Part shown: positions 60,001-64,000 of the stretch, piece by piece
How positions within the stretch are numbered: the stretch's first letter is position 1
Layout: each line of letters starts with the position of its first letter
Source of the DNA: Amoebophrya sp. A120
Taxonomy: Eukaryota; Protista; Dinoflagellata
Direction: 5' to 3'
Assembly (NCBI GenBank): GCA_905178155.1
Contig: CAJINV010000003.1
Span: 3,839,600 to 3,903,599 of the forward strand
Length of the DNA stretch: 64,000 bases
The notes under the pieces: generated by a model
The model's database searches: none
The model's input: only the letters and a program-made list of their open reading frames with translations
Told to the model about the DNA's origin: nothing
Program-made: the position numbers and the translations under genes

Positions 60001-62214
60001 TACTTCTACGAGATCTCCGAACAGCTGCCTCCCGACCTTTCCGATAAGGTGCTGAGCAGCCTGGCGGGCAGTGTTGCAGCGCCTGCGCTTCCTGCCCAGA
60101 TGCCACCGCCGTTTCCGCGACAGAATTACACCTCTGGTGGGTCACAGCCCTCCGTGGTCCCAAGAAAGGAACAGCAAACAGGTGGATCCAGTGTTCAACA
60201 GAATTCTTCTACCGCCGGCGGAACCGCACAGATGAACCAGCAGCACCCAAGTAAAGCGCTGCTGCCTTTCTCGTCCAAGGCAGGGCCACAACCGGCAGCG
60301 CAGAACAACGGTCCTCCATACGAACACGCACGACCAGGACCACCGGCGAACAATAATATTGGAGGCAATAAAGGTGGACCACCAGGAGCGCAGCAGCAGC
60401 ATCTTCAACGCGCTAGTTCTAGTAGTGCGCAGCACCAATCGCAGGGTGGGGCCGGCCCAGGTACAACTGGCGGTGGTACAACACAGCAACAGCACTCCTC
60501 GAGAGGACTGAAGGTAAACTACGCAGCTCTGAACGGTGGTGGCGGGGGTGCCACAACCACGTCCTCGGCGCATTCGGAAACGCAGCCCGGGTTCAATGCG
60601 TCATCCCGGACCAGTTCGGACCGCGAGCGCGAGGACGCCACAACCACCAGTCAGCACTTTTCGACGCAAAAGTTCGGAACCGGGTTCTCTTCCGGAGCGG
60701 GATCAAAGCACTCGAGCCAACCCGACGTGCACTTCAGTGTAACGAGCAGTAAGCCGAACCGAGGAGAATGGGGCGCCGCACCAACGATGGCAGGAGCTTC
60801 GTCGTCCGCTACTTCTTCGGGAACAACCACAGCGACTTCTGCCGCTTCGCAGACATCTTCACAGCAAGGGACTACGATGAAGAAACCGCAGCTGTCGCAG
60901 CAAACGAAGCGAAAGCTGAAGGATCTGGGACTGCAGGAAGTGGAGGAAGCGTTGCTGCAGGATCCGGACTTTAACGAGTCCGAGTTTACTCGAAATAACC
61001 TGCCCGGCCTGGTAACCGAAGTCGCACCGGGCGATGGGACCAGTACCAGCGCCGGTGGACGCGGCGACCGGGCGGGGGGCAAGAACCGGGCAGCTCCCGC
61101 TCTTCGCGGGGCGGATACTAGTAAAGCTACTTCATCTTCTATGGTGCAACATCAAGGGCCTAGCACTTCTGGCGAGATGTTGCAGTCCGGTGGTTGTGCT
61201 ACTTCTAGCACGATGGTCGGCAGCACCAGTTGTAACTCTACGTTCATCGGGGGAAACAACAAGGGCTTTAATACCACCTCAAGTTCTTCCAGTACGAACA
61301 AGCACGGCAGTAAGAAGACCTCAAGTACCTCCACCCCGGTGGGAGCCGGGGCGACTCAGGTCATGATTGGAAGCACGACGAGCACCTGTACCACCACGAC
61401 TGCCGCAGCGTCTTCCGCGACAACCGCGACCTTTGAGGGTGATGACGCCTCCTGTTCTTTGGAGCAGCAACCGGGAGCGGGCCTCGAAAGCGGCAGTGTA
61501 TTGGCGGCAGAAGGAGTCGCTGGGGCGAAGAAAAAGAAGAAGAAACAAGGGACCCGGGGCGGCAAGAGGCAGCGCGAGAAGCAGGCGGAAGTTGATGCTG
61601 CTCTGAAAACTAGCACGAGCCTGTGCAGCGACCCCGAGAACCAGGGGTTGAATGTCAGTGGCGCAACGACCTCCAACGAACAACAACCTGGGGAGCAGCA
61701 AGCCAGTCTCTCCGCATCATCGCACGAGAGTTCTTTTACAAAGGTGGAACAAGAAGAGGACAATGCAGCCTGCGCTGATGATTCGCCGAAGAAGGACCCT
61801 TCCGATGATGTCGCCAGGGTAAGTACTGAGAAAGACGACGACAAAGTTGACGTCCCGACAACGAGAATCAACACGAGCGACGCGAAGGAAGAGGAAATCG
61901 CAAACCAGACCGTCCAGAACATCAAGGCGCCTTCATCGCGGTCTGACCTGGACAAAAATGGTGACTCGCAGCTTGATCCGGATGCCTCCGCGGCAGGCAC
62001 AGTAGAACCTGAAGCGGTGCAGCCCGCTCCAGCTGCGCCGGTTGAAAAGGAGTCGTCTCTAGAAAAAGAGGACGATAATTGCGTCGACGACGTTGATGAT
62101 GATTTGACGGAACCTGAGAGGGATATTCCAGAAAGCACGAGCACGCCACGAGTTATCACCACAAAGCGGCTCGAGCCGGAATCCTTCGACAAAAACGCGG
62201 CGGAAAGCCGGCAG
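54024..62214 (+). CDS. Very large Gln/Ser/Gly/Asn-rich low-complexity protein, multi-exon, probably continuing toward the window end
   Basis: Exons 54024-54720, 55005-55039 and 55217-~59137 join in frame after removing two introners (SLQQFGAQPFNPAQLNGLQGTM). ORF 59665-62316 has the same composition. Linking exons near 59140-59660 and after 62214 are not resolved. Confidence 0.6.
54721..54999. mobile_element. Introner/MITE family C (279 bp)
   Basis: Perfect 32-bp TIR TATCCTGAGTAAAAACGTACCCACACCAGAGT. TSD GCAGC at 54716-54720 and 55000-55004. Confidence 0.94.
55040..55211. mobile_element. Introner/MITE family D (172 bp)
   Basis: Long imperfect TIR TATCACACAGAAAAAAGCTGGCAGG...CCTGCCAGCTTTTTTCTGTGGGATA, extending ~60 bp. 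TSD AGTTG at 55035-55039 and 55212-55216. Confidence 0.93.
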
Positions 62215-64000
62215 GTACTCGTTCGATCGGAGAAGTACACGCTGTTGTTGATCTATTTTGATTTCCGCGCAAGGTCTATAAATATGAGTTTTCGTTCCCT
62301 ATTAAGTTTCGGGTAGCACATAGTACAAATGTGCTATACAGCTGCACCTTTCTCAGGTTGTTGCCGACGAAGCCACCGAGGCCGCTCGCGGGGAGGAGAA
62401 ACGCAAATGCGACGCACCCACGGGAGACGGTATTAGTTTGGTTTATTTTTTGATCGATTGTGATTTGCTCTTGTTGCCGCGATATAATATGTGATTCGTC
62501 TGCTCGGTGAAGTTTTACTTCTTTCACTTTGACAAAAAAGGTGAAGAAGATAATGCGGACGAGACGACTGACTCAGCCACGAAGGTGGATGAGGATGCCC
62601 CTAGTCAGGCCGCATCAGAAGCGAAAGAGGGTAAGTAATTGGACTTGCCGCGTTCATCTCTAAATCATGCGCATGCTCACTTTATACTAGTAGTATCATG
62701 ACCACATTGACATTCATCGCTGAGAGATGGTAAGCTCCAATGTGGAGACTCGTGGAGAAATATGTGAGTTGAACTCAATCGAGAGCCGACTATTAGATAT
62801 GATGAAACGGATCGAAATAAAACGGCAATCATGATAAAATCAGCCTCTAGCGCGCCGGCAACAAAGCCAGCGAGTAACAAGCCAACGAAGAAAAAATTGA
62901 AGACGAAAACCGCAAGACAACAGGCAGCGGACGAGAAGGCTTTGGCGGAGGCACTGGTCTTGGCAGAAAAAGCGCGGAAGGATTTGGAAAAAGGTATCAA
63001 GTACTTAAACACATCATGTGCTATTGCAGCGCGGGAAATTCTTCCTAGTGCTGCGCTTCATTTTTTTCCACGACGGGGCGCGCGCTATATTCAATCCACA
63101 AGGATATGATTATGAAAACCTAGCAGTTACTATACTACTCCTTGCTATGCAAGTATAACCAATCACGCACGAAATACCGGTAGGGATAGCGTTCCGAAAA
63201 ATATAAACAGACCCTGCAGCGAGCAAAGTGCCGGCGAAGAAGGAGGAGACGAAAGCGGAACGACGCAAAAAGAAGGAAAACTACCAGGCCATAGCTCGCG
63301 AGAAACGACGAGCAGAGCGCGAAGCCGCGGAATCAGAAGCGCAGTATCGGTTTATTTTTGTATATGTTTTTCTTTTTTGTTGTATGTCAGCACAGTTGTG
63401 ATAGTAGCGACTTACTAGTTGTGATAGTTAATCTTCAGCACGCCGAGATGTAGCACACAGAGGTTTGTCACAGACAGCGTGATGCACAAGATTTCGAGTT
63501 GGCTCAAATTCTTGGTTCACTTTGTGATATGAAGAACCTGGCCGACGAAATGAAAGCTATGCATAGCGAGACACTTTCATCTGTGCCCCTGCGGCACAGC
63601 AGAACTCGAGTCGACACCGAAAGTGAAAACAACCGGGGCCGGGACTGCGACGGTCTCGTCGTCCAGAGGAGCATTTTATGGATTCAGATTCACTTTTAAA
63701 GCAATAATCGCCCTGTAACTTCTTGACTCCACAGCTTAAAGAAAGAGAAGACCCAGCAAAACGAGATCGTAAGGCTGTTCAAAGAGCATAATTATAGCGA
63801 GGGCAGCCCGCCAAGCTGGATGGGCGAGGACGATAACGAGGACAGCACACAGGCACTGATAGATTCCTTAACCAGCGGAGCAAACACAACGCACTCCTTC
63901 GGGCCGTATCAGCAGATGCAAAAACTTTTATGGAAGCAGAACTGATTCGATCGCTTCACTTCGATCAGCTGGTGCGTATCGCCCCGTCTTGGAAAATAAA

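Noticed and set aside
63495-63512. TTGGCTCAA, similar to the 3' end of the dinoflagellate spliced leader
   Set aside because: Only a 9-nt match without the terminal AG or the rest of the leader.

Overview
Eukaryotic genomic DNA, most consistent with a syndinian dinoflagellate of the Amoebophrya type. This is inferred from the gene organisation and intron style, not from a database match. All resident genes are on the + strand: a PLAC8/EF-hand membrane protein, two tandem paralogous Cys-rich proteins, a class II PRPP synthase, a very large GT31/C1GALT1-like protein, a Gln-rich CCCH zinc-finger protein, Prp17/CDC40, a Gpc1-type acyltransferase and several low-complexity hypothetical proteins. 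Besides ordinary GT-AG introns there are 11 MITE-like introner elements in four families (145-279 bp, TAT...ATA terminal inverted repeats, exact 5-bp target duplications). Each sits in a coding exon, and removing it with one target copy restores the reading frame. The most unusual structure is at 20636-24615: the last ~50 bp of one gene are repeated five times, separated by four unrelated 0.5-1.5 kb DNA segments, two of which fuse into one in-frame chimeric ORF.
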